The notes below the pieces were generated by a model. The model saw only the letters and a list, made by a program, of their open reading frames with translations. It searched no databases and had not been told where the DNA came from. Shown in pieces: positions 9,122-19,291 of a stretch of 64,000 nt of DNA. The first letter of the stretch is position 1. Each line of letters begins with the position of its first letter. The translations under genes and the position numbers were made by a program. The stretch is from the NCBI GenBank assembly GCA_963817465.1, contig CAWFOP010000003.1, positions 9,286-73,285 of the forward strand, given 5' to 3'. This DNA is from an uncultured Acidobacteriota bacterium. GTDB taxonomy: Bacteria > Acidobacteriota > Terriglobia > Bryobacterales > UBA6623.

Positions 9122-9554
9122 ATGAGAAGCTCAGGAATTTTCGTACTACTCGCGCTCACCGCTCTACCACTCGCGGCCGAAGAGCCGGCCCAAGCCTGAC
9201 ACTTCTCGCGCCATTGTGATCAACGGCCTGAGCCAAGCTCGGCCGACGCCCTACACCGCTCCTCTGCGCGAACGTTCCCTGCGGCCCCTGAATCCCGAGC
9301 CCACAAAGCAGATCACGCTGACCCTGCCCAGCTTCCGCTCCAACCTGAACGCGCGCCCCAGCATTCGCTACAGCGCCGGCAGCGACTTTCACAGCACCAT
9401 CCGCTACGGCGGCATCGACTCTCACAGCAGCATTCAATACGGCGCCGGCGGCGACTTCCACAGCACAATTCGCTATGGCGGCGGCGACTTCCGCAACGGC
9501 ATTCGCTACGGCGGCGGCGACTTTCGTAACGGCATCCGCTACGGCGGCAAATAG
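9122..9554 (+). CDS. Secreted tandem-repeat (IRYGGGDF) protein; one apparent +1 frameshift near 9190
   Basis: ATG 9122 gives signal peptide MRSSGIFVLLALTALPLAA-EE, then TGA 9197; the +1 frame continues KPDTSRAIVING... into six repeats to TAG 9554. Confidence 0.7.
9363..9551 (+). repeat. 33/36-bp coding tandem repeats, five full units plus one partial
   Basis: IRYSAGSDFHST / IRYGGIDSHSS / IQYGAGGDFHST / IRYGGGDFRNG / IRYGGGDFRNG / IRYGGK. Confidence 0.92.
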
Positions 9555-9570
9555 CGGGTTCTTAACCCGC
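9554..9570. terminator. Hairpin between convergent genes
   Basis: GCGGGTT-CTT-AACCCGC perfect stem; no clear U tract. Confidence 0.4.
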
Positions 9571-10314
9571 GCCTGGCCCCTTGTCCCCCGCCCCTCGTCC
9601 CTTCTGCCGCACGACCTCGAACAACGCCACCCCCGCTGCGACGGATACGTTCAGCGACGCGATCTCGCCCGCCATCGGAATCCGCACCAAGAAGTCGCAC
9701 TTCTCGGCCGTCAACCGGTGCAGACCCGCGCCCTCCGCCCCCAGCACCAGCGCGACCTTGCCGGCGAACTCCGCCTCCCACACGGCCTTCTCCCCGCGCT
9801 CGTCCAGCCCGTAAATCCAAAACCCCGCTTCCTTGAGCTGTTCGATCGCGCGGTTTACATTCTTCACGCGCACCACCGGCAGATACTCCAGCGCTCCGGC
9901 CGCAGCCTTCGCCACGGTGTCGCTCACTCCTGCCGCGCGCCGCTCGGGAATGATCACCGCCGCCGCGCCCGCCGCATGCGCCGACCGCACGATCGCGCCT
10001 AAATTGTGCGGATCTTCCACGCCGTCGGCCACCACCATCAAACCGTCCTCGGCCGCGTTTTCGAGCAAGTCCTCCAGCCGGATGCTCTTCTTCGAGGCGG
10101 CGTAAGCCAACACTCCCTGATGCACCGCGCCGTTCGAGAGCCGATCGAGCGACTGGCGCTGGTCGAACCGCACCGGGACCCGCGCCTGGCGGCAAGCGTC
10201 CACGAGCCCCTGAATGCGCGGGTTGTGCGCTCCGCGAGCGATGATGACCCGGTCCAACGGCCGGCCCGAGTTGAGCGCCGCTTCCACGGCGTGAATTCCT
10301 ATAAGTCGGTCCAT
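9562..10314 (-). CDS. rlmB: 23S rRNA Gm2251 2'-O-methyltransferase (TrmH family)
   Basis: GIHAVEAAL, HQGV, DGVEDPHNLGAIVRSA, GAEGAGL, SLNVSVA. Confidence 0.93.
   Translation of the reverse strand: MDRLIGIHAVEAALNSGRPLDRVIIARGAHNPRIQGLVDACRQARVPVRFDQRQSLDRLSNGAVHQGVLAYAASKKSIRLEDLLENAAEDGLMVVADGVEDPHNLGAIVRSAHAAGAAAVIIPERRAAGVSDTVAKAAAGALEYLPVVRVKNVNRAIEQLKEAGFWIYGLDERGEKAVWEAEFAGKVALVLGAEGAGLHRLTAEKCDFLVRIPMAGEIASLNVSVAAGVALFEVVRQKGRGAGDKGPGAG
9572..9599. repeat. Degenerate heptamer repeat at the rlmB 3' end
   Basis: cctggcc ccttgtc ccccgcc cctcgtc; same class as 4090-4117. Confidence 0.6.
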
Positions 10315-10410
10315 GGGTAAGCTTTCGGTATCATAGAAAGTTTCAGGGAAGCGGCGCGGCAACGGCTCTCCAGCGTCGCCGGTCTAGCCTCGAAACCCTC
10401 TCCCAACAGC

Positions 10411-11583
10411 ATGTTGCGTTACGAAACCGCCGGCGAATCACACGGCGAAACCCTGGTGGCGATGCTCACCGGCTTACCCGCCGGCGTGCCGGTGTCGCTC
10501 GATAAGATCAATCGCGAGCTGTGGCGCCGCCAGCAAGGCTACGGCCGCGGCGGCCGCATGAAGATCGAGACCGACAAGGCGCACATCGTCTCCGGCGTCC
10601 GTCACTCGAAAACCATCGGCTCGCCCATCGCCGTCCTGCTGCAAAACCGCGACTGGCAAAACTGGACCGAGGCGCTCCCGGTCGAAGACATCGACGGCGG
10701 CGAAGACAAGACCAAGCCCGTCACGCGCCCGCGCCCCGGCCACGCCGACCTCGCCGGCGCCATCAAATACAACTTCCCCGAAGCGCGCTACATCCTCGAA
10801 CGCGCCAGCGCCCGCGAGACCACGTCCCGCGTCGCCGTCGGCGCCCTGTGCAAGCTGCTGCTCGAGCAGTTCGATATTGAGGTGCTCAGCCACGTCGTCG
10901 CGGTCGGCCAAGCGCATCTCGAGCGCGACGCCGCCTGGGACGAGATCGTCGCCCTCGCCGCCAAAGACGAAGTGCTGCTCAACTGCGTCGACCCGGAAGT
11001 CGAAGCGCGCATGAAGGAAGAGGTCGACGTCGCCTACAAAACCAAGGACACCCGCGGCGGCGTCTTCGAGGTCGTCGCTCACGGCCTGCCCATCGGACTC
11101 GGCTCGCACATCACCTTCGACTCGCGCCTCGACGGCCGCCTCGCGCAAGCCGTCATGTCGATGCAAGCCGTCAAGGCCGTCGAAATCGGCAGCGGCACGG
11201 TTACCGCCGTCTCGCCCGGCCACAAGTCGCAGGACACCATTCACTACGACAAATCGGACCGCCGCTTCTTCCGCGGCTCCAACCGCGCCGGGGGCCTGGA
11301 AGGCGGCATCACCAACGGACAAGACCTCGTGGTGCGCGGCTACATCAAGCCGATCTCGACTCTGCGCCAGCCGCTCGAATCCGTCGATCTCGAGACCCGC
11401 GAGCCTTCCACCGCCGTTTACGAGCGCTCGGACGTCGCGGTCGTCCCCGCCGCGGGCGTCATCGGGGAAGCGATGGTCGCCTTCGTCGTAGCGCAAGCCT
11501 TTCTCGAGAAGTTCGGCGGCGACTCGCTGGTCGAAACCAAGCGCAACTACGACGCCTACCTCGACCAAGTCCGCGCGTTCTGA
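10411..11583 (+). CDS. aroC: Chorismate synthase
   Basis: TAGESHG, RPRPGHAD, ERASARET, KPISTL, ERSD. Confidence 0.98.
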   Translation: MLRYETAGESHGETLVAMLTGLPAGVPVSLDKINRELWRRQQGYGRGGRMKIETDKAHIVSGVRHSKTIGSPIAVLLQNRDWQNWTEALPVEDIDGGEDKTKPVTRPRPGHADLAGAIKYNFPEARYILERASARETTSRVAVGALCKLLLEQFDIEVLSHVVAVGQAHLERDAAWDEIVALAAKDEVLLNCVDPEVEARMKEEVDVAYKTKDTRGGVFEVVAHGLPIGLGSHITFDSRLDGRLAQAVMSMQAVKAVEIGSGTVTAVSPGHKSQDTIHYDKSDRRFFRGSNRAGGLEGGITNGQDLVVRGYIKPISTLRQPLESVDLETREPSTAVYERSDVAVVPAAGVIGEAMVAFVVAQAFLEKFGGDSLVETKRNYDAYLDQVRAF

Positions 11584-11595
11584 AACACTCAACGG

Positions 11596-12152
11596 TCAAC
11601 GCTCGACGCGCTCGGCCCAATTCGTCACAAGCCGAATCTCCGGGCTCGCGGCGTCGGTGTCGGGCTCGACCACAACGAAGCTCTTTCCATCCGGGGCCGC
11701 CGCAAACCGGCGAAACATGCCGACGCCGACCGTGTTCCCCGATATCTGAAACAGTCTCTGGTTGGACCGGACGAGCGCCTGTCCCGCGGCGCCGTTCTCG
11801 ATCCGGGCCGCGTTGAGGTAGAAATCCTTGTCCAGGTAATACAGTTCGTGACCGCCGGGGCTCCACTCCGGATTGGTTCCGGACTCGGGCGAGACGCGGA
11901 CTCGACCCGTACCATCCGGAAACGATTGAGTCCGAGGTCGAACTCGCCGTACCCTTCATGGGGCCAGAGCTCGCGTTGAAGTTGGTCGCGAGTGACGACT
12001 TCGCCGGCCCGGGCGAGCAGCATCGCCAGCACCCGAAACGGCTGCTCTTGAATACGGACCCTGCTTCCGGCTTTGCGCAGCGTGCGCGCCGCTAAGTCCG
12101 CTTCGAATACGCCAAAGCGCACCGGCGTGGATTGGCTTGTCGGGTTGCGCAC
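11596..12152 (-). pseudogene. Internally deleted winged-helix (CadC-like)/TolB-propeller regulator
   Basis: N-terminus VRFGVFEADL...QEQPFRVL...GEVVTRDQLQRELWP...FDLGLN stops mid-domain near 11930; another frame then reads SFPDGTGRVRVS...PEWSPGGHELYY...APDGKSF...IRLVTNW*, the terminal blades of a TolB-like propeller. Confidence 0.8.
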
Positions 12153-12234
12153 CGCCCTAGAATTCTAACGCTGAAGGTCGCGCTACCGGGAAAGCCCGGC
12201 GTGGACGAGTCGCTCTCGCGACGGCGCCGACGCA

Positions 12235-12639
12235 TCAGCCGCGCAAGGGCTTGTTCCCGCGCAGGCCGCTCCATTGCTCGCAGACGATGATCGAGTTGTA
12301 GGGATTCTTCTGGTGATACTTCACCGTCGCCGGTCCGACGATCCCTTTCGGATCTTCGCCCACGCGGTCCATCAGTGTGGAAACGTCTTGCGAGGCCGAA
12401 AACTCAATAGCCCCGATCGAGTAGCGGTAGTGGATCAGGCCGTCGTCGATGTCATGTACGACGGCGCCGGCAATGCGGCCATGGCCGTTGACATCTGCGC
12501 GGCGGCGCCGCTCTTTCGCTTCCGGGTCCCGGCGCCGGCGCCAGATGACGACCAGGGCGCCTAGCGCCCCGGTACACAGCAAAAGGGCCGCGCCGAACGC
12601 GACCCCCGCCTTGCCGATCTCCGGGATCGTTACGGGCAT
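12235..12639 (-). CDS. Membrane-anchored hypothetical protein (DUF3592-like)
   Basis: ATG overlaps the fsa stop (TGATG); one TM helix, then YRYSIGAIEFSASQDV...VKYHQKNPYNSIIVCEQWSGLR. Confidence 0.7.
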   Translation of the reverse strand: MPVTIPEIGKAGVAFGAALLLCTGALGALVVIWRRRRDPEAKERRRRADVNGHGRIAGAVVHDIDDGLIHYRYSIGAIEFSASQDVSTLMDRVGEDPKGIVGPATVKYHQKNPYNSIIVCEQWSGLRGNKPLRG

Positions 12640-13298
12640 CAACCGACTGAAGCGAGATTCTGACTTTTGCGGTAGTCCGCCAAAAACGCTTCGAGACCCT
12701 TGTCCGTGAGCGGGTGACTGAACATCTGATCGAACACCTTGTACGGCATGGTCGCGATGTGCGCGCCCGACAACGCCGCTTCCTTCACGTGCAACGGGCC
12801 GCGAATCGAAGCCGCCAGCACCTGCGTCGGGTAGCCATAGTTGTCGTAGACCGCCACTATGTCGCGGATCAATTCCATGCCTTCGAGCGCGATGTCGTCG
12901 AGCCGCCCGATGAAGGGGCTGACAATGTACGCGCCGGCCTTGGCGGCGAGCAACGCCTGCGTCGCCGTGAAGCACAGCGTCACATTCACGCGAATGCCTT
13001 CCGATGACAGCGCTTTGGTGGCCTTGATGCCTTCGCGCGTCAGCGGGCACTTCACAACCACGTTGTCGTGGATGGCGGCCAGTCGATGGCCCTCGCGGAT
13101 CATTCCCTCGGCTTCGGTCTCGACGACCTCGGCGGAGATGTCGCCGTCGACGATCTCGCAGATTTCGAGAATGCGCGTGGCGTGGTCGTGGCCTTCCTTG
13201 GCGATCAAGGAAGGGTTCGTTGTCACGCCGTCCAAAATCCCAAAGTCATTGGCCTTTTTAATGTCGTCCACATTGGCCGTATCAAGAAAGATTTTCAT
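12639..13298 (-). CDS. fsa: Transaldolase / fructose-6-phosphate aldolase
   Basis: [41 protein letters not shown]. Confidence 0.95.
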   Translation of the reverse strand: MKIFLDTANVDDIKKANDFGILDGVTTNPSLIAKEGHDHATRILEICEIVDGDISAEVVETEAEGMIREGHRLAAIHDNVVVKCPLTREGIKATKALSSEGIRVNVTLCFTATQALLAAKAGAYIVSPFIGRLDDIALEGMELIRDIVAVYDNYGYPTQVLAASIRGPLHVKEAALSGAHIATMPYKVFDQMFSHPLTDKGLEAFLADYRKSQNLASVG

Positions 13299-13361
13299 GG
13301 GTTTCTCGCCGTCCGACGGGATGTCGGAAACATCATTCTAACCAATCGCCGTTCTACCGAC

Positions 13362-14372
13362 CTACAAAGTATGCACTTCAGTCGGAGTCGACGGCGCGCT
13401 CTCATTGCCCAGTTTATCGACCGCAACCACGCTGTAACGATAGGTCGTAGCCGCCGCGGCGGACGTATCGCTGTAGGCCGCCGCCTGAACGGGATCGGCG
13501 TTGAGTCGCTCGCCGTCGCGCAGCACGAAAAATCCCGCCAAGTCCGGCTCTTCGTTCGAGGTCCACGACAGCTCGACGCCCGTGGGCGTCGGCACGGCTC
13601 GCACATCGCGCGGCACGGCCGGCGCAAACGCGTCTTCCGGCGTCAGGGCGACCGCTTCGGAATACGGTCCCAGGACGGGCCGCGCGGCGTCGGAAGTCCT
13701 TTGTCCGCGCACCCGATATTCTTCCTTTTGACCCCAGAGCGGCCCGCGGTCGAGAAATTCCGCCTGGTCGGTGTGCGCCAGCTCGCTGAACTCGCCGTCC
13801 GCGACGCGCCGCTCGACCAGATACGCGGAAGCCCGGTCCGCCGGCGCCCAGGTCAGACGAACGCCTTCGGCCGTCTCCTGCGCCGTCGGCCGCCCGGGAC
13901 GCGCCGGCGGCTCGACGATCGCAAAGTCAACAGGCTCGGACCATGCGCCGGCCTTGCCGCGATCGCTCACCGCGCGCACCGCGAACAAGGTTCGCTTTCC
14001 GATGCGGCTCTCGAGCGGCGCCGCAAGCGTCAGACGGTCGCCGGGCGATTTGCCGGAGAGTTGAGCCGCGCCCGCCGCAGCGACCGTCTCGCCGTATTGC
14101 CCCCACACGTCGGTCGGCGGCGGCGGCGATCCTTGGGGAAAGTCGACGGCGAGAATCTCGAACCGCTCGACGCCCTGAAACACTTCGCCCTCCGCCCCCA
14201 GCGTCGGCCACGTCCACTCCGCGTGCAGCTCGGAGCCCTCTTGCCAGGCGGCGAAATCGGTCACCGGCCCGGGAATATGCAGCAGCGGAGGCCGCGGATC
14301 GCCGACTGACCCGCAGCCCGAAACGATCAAGCAAGCCAGAAGCCCAAGCCGGGCGAAGCCGTCGCCGGTCAT
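13362..14372 (-). CDS. Fibronectin type III-repeat lipoprotein
   Basis: Lipobox IVSGC followed by GSVGDPRPP; three FN3-like units (V.L.W...Y.V.AV...G.ES). Confidence 0.8.
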   Translation of the reverse strand: MTGDGFARLGLLACLIVSGCGSVGDPRPPLLHIPGPVTDFAAWQEGSELHAEWTWPTLGAEGEVFQGVERFEILAVDFPQGSPPPPTDVWGQYGETVAAAGAAQLSGKSPGDRLTLAAPLESRIGKRTLFAVRAVSDRGKAGAWSEPVDFAIVEPPARPGRPTAQETAEGVRLTWAPADRASAYLVERRVADGEFSELAHTDQAEFLDRGPLWGQKEEYRVRGQRTSDAARPVLGPYSEAVALTPEDAFAPAVPRDVRAVPTPTGVELSWTSNEEPDLAGFFVLRDGERLNADPVQAAAYSDTSAAAATTYRYSVVAVDKLGNESAPSTPTEVHTL

Positions 14373-14410
14373 TGTTCCCCGCTCACTGTTCACGGCTCCC
14401 GGCACACCGA

Positions 14411-15784
<1,374 letters not shown>

Positions 15785-15793
15785 GGTCTCGCC

Positions 15794-16339
15794 TTAGCCC
15801 AGTTCCTCGAAGTGGATGATGTCGTTGGTGTAAATGCAGATCTTGGCGGCGATCTTCATCGCGGCCTCCGCTACTTGGCGGGCGCCGAGCTTGGTGTTTT
15901 CCATCAAAGCCGTCGCGGCGGCCACGGCGAACGAGCCGCCGGAGCCGACCGCGGCCACCGGCTCGTCGTGCTCGATGACGTCGCCGTTGCCGCTGATCAG
16001 CAACGTCTGTTCCAGATCGGCGGTAAGCAGCACAGCCTCCAGGTGCCGCAACAGCTTGTCGGTGCGCCAGTCGCGCGCCAACTCGACCGCCGAGCGGCCG
16101 AGATTGCCGTTGTACTGCTGCAACTTGTCTTCAAACCGGGAAAACAGCGAAAGCGCGTCGGCGGTCGAACCGGCGAAACCCGCCAGGATCTTGTCGTTGT
16201 AGAGCCGGCGCGTCTTTTTCGCCGTGCCCTTGATCACTTCGCTGCCGAGCGTGACTTGGCCGTCGCCGCCCATCACGACTTTGCCGTCGCGACGGACGCA
16301 CAGGACCGTCGTGGAACGAATCTTGGGAAACCGAGACAT
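15794..16339 (-). CDS. hslV: ATP-dependent protease peptidase subunit
   Basis: STTVLCVRR...[23 protein letters not shown]. Confidence 0.97.
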   Translation of the reverse strand: MSRFPKIRSTTVLCVRRDGKVVMGGDGQVTLGSEVIKGTAKKTRRLYNDKILAGFAGSTADALSLFSRFEDKLQQYNGNLGRSAVELARDWRTDKLLRHLEAVLLTADLEQTLLISGNGDVIEHDEPVAAVGSGGSFAVAAATALMENTKLGARQVAEAAMKIAAKICIYTNDIIHFEELG

Positions 16340-16450
16340 CTTTGAAGCCAAACCCCTGAGTATAGCGGCATCCGACGCCCCTCTAGCCGGGACCGCGCTC
16401 TCTGAAAATCTCCTCCACGGCCGATAGGAACAAGAGAGGGGAAGAGTTCA

Positions 16451-17317
16451 TTGCCTCCTTTGATCGGCCTCGGCATCGTAATCGCGGCCGTTTTCGGCGG
16501 ATTTCTGCTCGAAAGCGGCCAGCTTCCGGTCTTGCTGCAACCGGCGGAGTTCGTCATTATTTGGGGCGCTTCGGCGGGCTCGCTGCTGATCGCGGCGCCG
16601 CTGCCGGTCATCCGGCGCATTGTCGGACGCGGACGCCAGGTGTTTCGGCCGTCGCCGTACCACTCCACCCTCTACTTGGAGACGTTGCAACTGTTTTACG
16701 AGTTCTTTCAGACGGCCCGCCGAGTCGGCATGATGCAGCTCGAGCGGGACATCGAGAACCCGGCCGAGAGCAAGCTGTTCCAGCGCTACCCCAGTTTCCT
16801 GGCGCAGCCGCCGGCGGTGTCGTTCGTTTGCGACACACTGCGCATGGCGGTCAGCGGCGGCGTGTCGGCCGGCGATCTCGAACGCCTGTCGGAGTCGGAC
16901 CTCGATTCGCACGAGGACCACGACCTGCAGCCCGTCCAATCGCTGCATACGATCGCCGACGCGCTGCCGGGCCTCGGCATCGTGGCGGCCGTTTTGGGCA
17001 TCGTGATCGCCATGAGCTCGTTGGACGGGCCGCCGGAGGAGCTGGGCCGCAAGGTCGCCGCCGCGCTGGTCGGAACCTTCCTGGGAGTGCTGACCTGCTA
17101 CGGCTTTGTGAGTCCTCTGGCGTCAGCCATGGAGGCGCGGGGCGAGGCCGAGGCCGCCTACTTCCGATTTCTCAAGACCGGCACCATCGCGTTCTTGCGC
17201 GGCCATCCCCCCTTGGTGGCGATCGAATTCGCCCGCCGCGTCGCTCCGCGCGATCAGCGCCCCACGTTCGTCGAAATGGAAGAATCATGTCGAGCCGCAC
17301 GCAGCAACTCGGCGTAG
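16451..17317 (+). CDS. motA: Flagellar stator protein MotA
   Basis: QPAEFVII, RRVGMMQLERDIENP, PGLGIVAAVLG, ALVGTFLG, AIEFARR. Confidence 0.92.
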   Translation: MPPLIGLGIVIAAVFGGFLLESGQLPVLLQPAEFVIIWGASAGSLLIAAPLPVIRRIVGRGRQVFRPSPYHSTLYLETLQLFYEFFQTARRVGMMQLERDIENPAESKLFQRYPSFLAQPPAVSFVCDTLRMAVSGGVSAGDLERLSESDLDSHEDHDLQPVQSLHTIADALPGLGIVAAVLGIVIAMSSLDGPPEELGRKVAAALVGTFLGVLTCYGFVSPLASAMEARGEAEAAYFRFLKTGTIAFLRGHPPLVAIEFARRVAPRDQRPTFVEMEESCRAARSNSA

Positions 17318-18015
17318 CCTCCAACGCGGCTCCGGAGGTCGTCATCATCCGGAAAGCCTCGCGCCGCCAGCGTCGTCACGGCGGCGCTTGGAAAGTCGCG
17401 CTCGCCGATTTCGTCACCGCGATGATGGCGCTGTTCATGGTGTTGTGGCTCTGGCAAACAAACAGAGAAACGCAGCAAGCGGTCGCCGCTTACTTTCAAG
17501 ACCCGCAGGCGGCCAACGTCAAGACCCAAACGCACGAGCGGAGCAACGAAAAGCAACTCGCCGACATCGCCAATTCGATCCGCGAGTCGATGCACAACAT
17601 GCCTGACCTGCAGGGCATGGCCGACTATATCTCCGTCTCGGAAACGCCGGAGGGGTTGCGAATCGAGCTGCTCGAGAACGAGAAGGGTATGTTCTTTCAG
17701 ACCGGCAGCCCGTCGCCGACCCAGACCGGGGCCGACACCCTCGCGCTGATCGCCCGCGAGCTCAAGGACGTGCCCAACAACCTCGTCATCGAGGGTCACA
17801 CCGACTCACGCCCCTACACCGGCCGCATCAACTACTCGAATTGGGAGCTGTCGACCGACCGCGCCAACTCGGCCCGGCGAATCCTGCTCGCTGACGGCGT
17901 CGGGCCAAAAAAGATCGTCCAGGTGCGCGGGTTCGCCAACGTGAACCTGCGCAAGCCCGACGCTCCGGACGATCCTTCGAATCGGCGGGTTTCGATCATC
18001 GTCCTGGACCACTGA
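17287..18015 (+). CDS. motB: Flagellar stator protein MotB
   Basis: HGGAWKVALADFVTAMMALF with conserved Asp; OmpA-like EGHTD...NWELSTDRA...NRRV. Confidence 0.92.
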   Translation: MSSRTQQLGVASNAAPEVVIIRKASRRQRRHGGAWKVALADFVTAMMALFMVLWLWQTNRETQQAVAAYFQDPQAANVKTQTHERSNEKQLADIANSIRESMHNMPDLQGMADYISVSETPEGLRIELLENEKGMFFQTGSPSPTQTGADTLALIARELKDVPNNLVIEGHTDSRPYTGRINYSNWELSTDRANSARRILLADGVGPKKIVQVRGFANVNLRKPDAPDDPSNRRVSIIVLDH

Positions 18016-18130
18016 GGCCGACGACGAGGGCGCTCAAACGGGCGCGCCCGCGGCGCGGCGCCATTCCGTGCTGCGCGAGGAGCGTTAGGTTGCGGGGGGA
18101 TGGGCTGAGGGACAATGATGGGCGGGTTCG

Positions 18131-19282
18131 ATGAGGGTTCTTGCAGCGGTCTTCGCGCTATGCGCCTGCCTCGCCGCCGCCCAGCGGCCCGAAGCGGAGT
18201 TTGAAGGCCTCTACCGCGAAGCCGCGGCGCGGCTCGAGAAGCAGCACGGCCCCGACGATCCGAGAACGGCGGACGGGCTTCGCAACCTCGCCCTGTTTCT
18301 GCTGGAGAACGGCCGGCCGGCCGACGCCGAGCCGCCGCTGCGCCGGGCGCTCGCGATCACCGAAAAGGCCCAGCCCGACACCATCGCGCTCGCCGACGAC
18401 CTGACGTCGCTGGCTGACATCGTGCTTGCGCAGGGCCGCGGCGAAGAGCCCGAAAAGTGTTATCTGAGGGCGCTGGCCATCCTGGCCAAAAGCCCCGGCG
18501 CCGACGTGCGGGCGGCGGAAGTAAAGCTTCGCCTCGCGTCGATCGCCGAGGCCCAAGGCCGCGTTGACGCCGCGGAGACTTGGCTGCGCGAGGCCGCCGC
18601 CGTCAAGCCCGAAGCCGAGACCTTCTCGCGCCTGGCGTCTTTGCAGGAGGCTCAGGGGAACCTCGAAGCCGCCGAACCCAGCCGCCGCCGCGCAGTCAAC
18701 CTCGAGATCGCCGCGCACGGCGACATGCACCCGCTCACGGCCCAGCGCCGCAACAGCCTCGGGCTGCTGCTCGCGAACCAAGGACGCTTCGATGAAGCGG
18801 CGCCGCTGCTCGAGCAGGCGGTGGAAGCTTACCGCCAAACCACCGGTCTCGAAACGCCGGACGCCGCCTTCGCGCTCGATAACCTCGGCAACGTGCGCCG
18901 CGCGCAGGGCGAATTCGACGCCGCTGAAACCCTGCTGAAGCAAGCGCTCGCGATCAGACGGGCGACTCTCGGGGAAAGCCACCCCGACGTGGCGACGAGC
19001 GCCAACAACCTGGCCGGGGTCTATCACCTGCAAGGCCGGCTGGACGAGGCGGAGCCGCTCTATCGCCTCGCCGCCAAGATTCAAAAAGAGCGCCTCGGAG
19101 ACGCTAGTCCGGCTCTCGGCGAAACGCTCTACAACCTCGGCCACCTGAAGCTCGCGCAGCATAACGCCGCCGAAGCCGCAAGCCTGTTCGAACGCGCCTT
19201 GGCGATTCTCGAACCGGCGTACGGACCGGACGATGAGCTCATCGGGCGGATCAAATCAATGCTGGCGCGCCTCAAGCCGTAA
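18131..19282 (+). CDS. Secreted tetratricopeptide-repeat protein (kinesin light chain-like TPRs)
   Basis: Signal peptide; repeated NNLA..Y..QGR.DEAEPL..AL.I....LG..HP. Confidence 0.88.
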   Translation: MRVLAAVFALCACLAAAQRPEAEFEGLYREAAARLEKQHGPDDPRTADGLRNLALFLLENGRPADAEPPLRRALAITEKAQPDTIALADDLTSLADIVLAQGRGEEPEKCYLRALAILAKSPGADVRAAEVKLRLASIAEAQGRVDAAETWLREAAAVKPEAETFSRLASLQEAQGNLEAAEPSRRRAVNLEIAAHGDMHPLTAQRRNSLGLLLANQGRFDEAAPLLEQAVEAYRQTTGLETPDAAFALDNLGNVRRAQGEFDAAETLLKQALAIRRATLGESHPDVATSANNLAGVYHLQGRLDEAEPLYRLAAKIQKERLGDASPALGETLYNLGHLKLAQHNAAEAASLFERALAILEPAYGPDDELIGRIKSMLARLKP

Positions 19283-19291
19283 CGGCGCTCG

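Noticed and set aside
9197-9199. Selenocysteine or readthrough at the TGA after the signal peptide
   Set aside because: The repeat-coding continuation is in the +1 frame, so readthrough would not reach it.
9363-9551. Possible CRISPR array or DGR template/variable repeat
   Set aside because: Units are contiguous, codon-phased and lack unique spacers; variation is not adenine-specific; no cas or reverse transcriptase gene is present.
16451-18015. Zorya ZorAB defence system
   Set aside because: MotA lacks the long ZorA tail, the sequences look like canonical flagellar stators, and there is no zorC/D/E.
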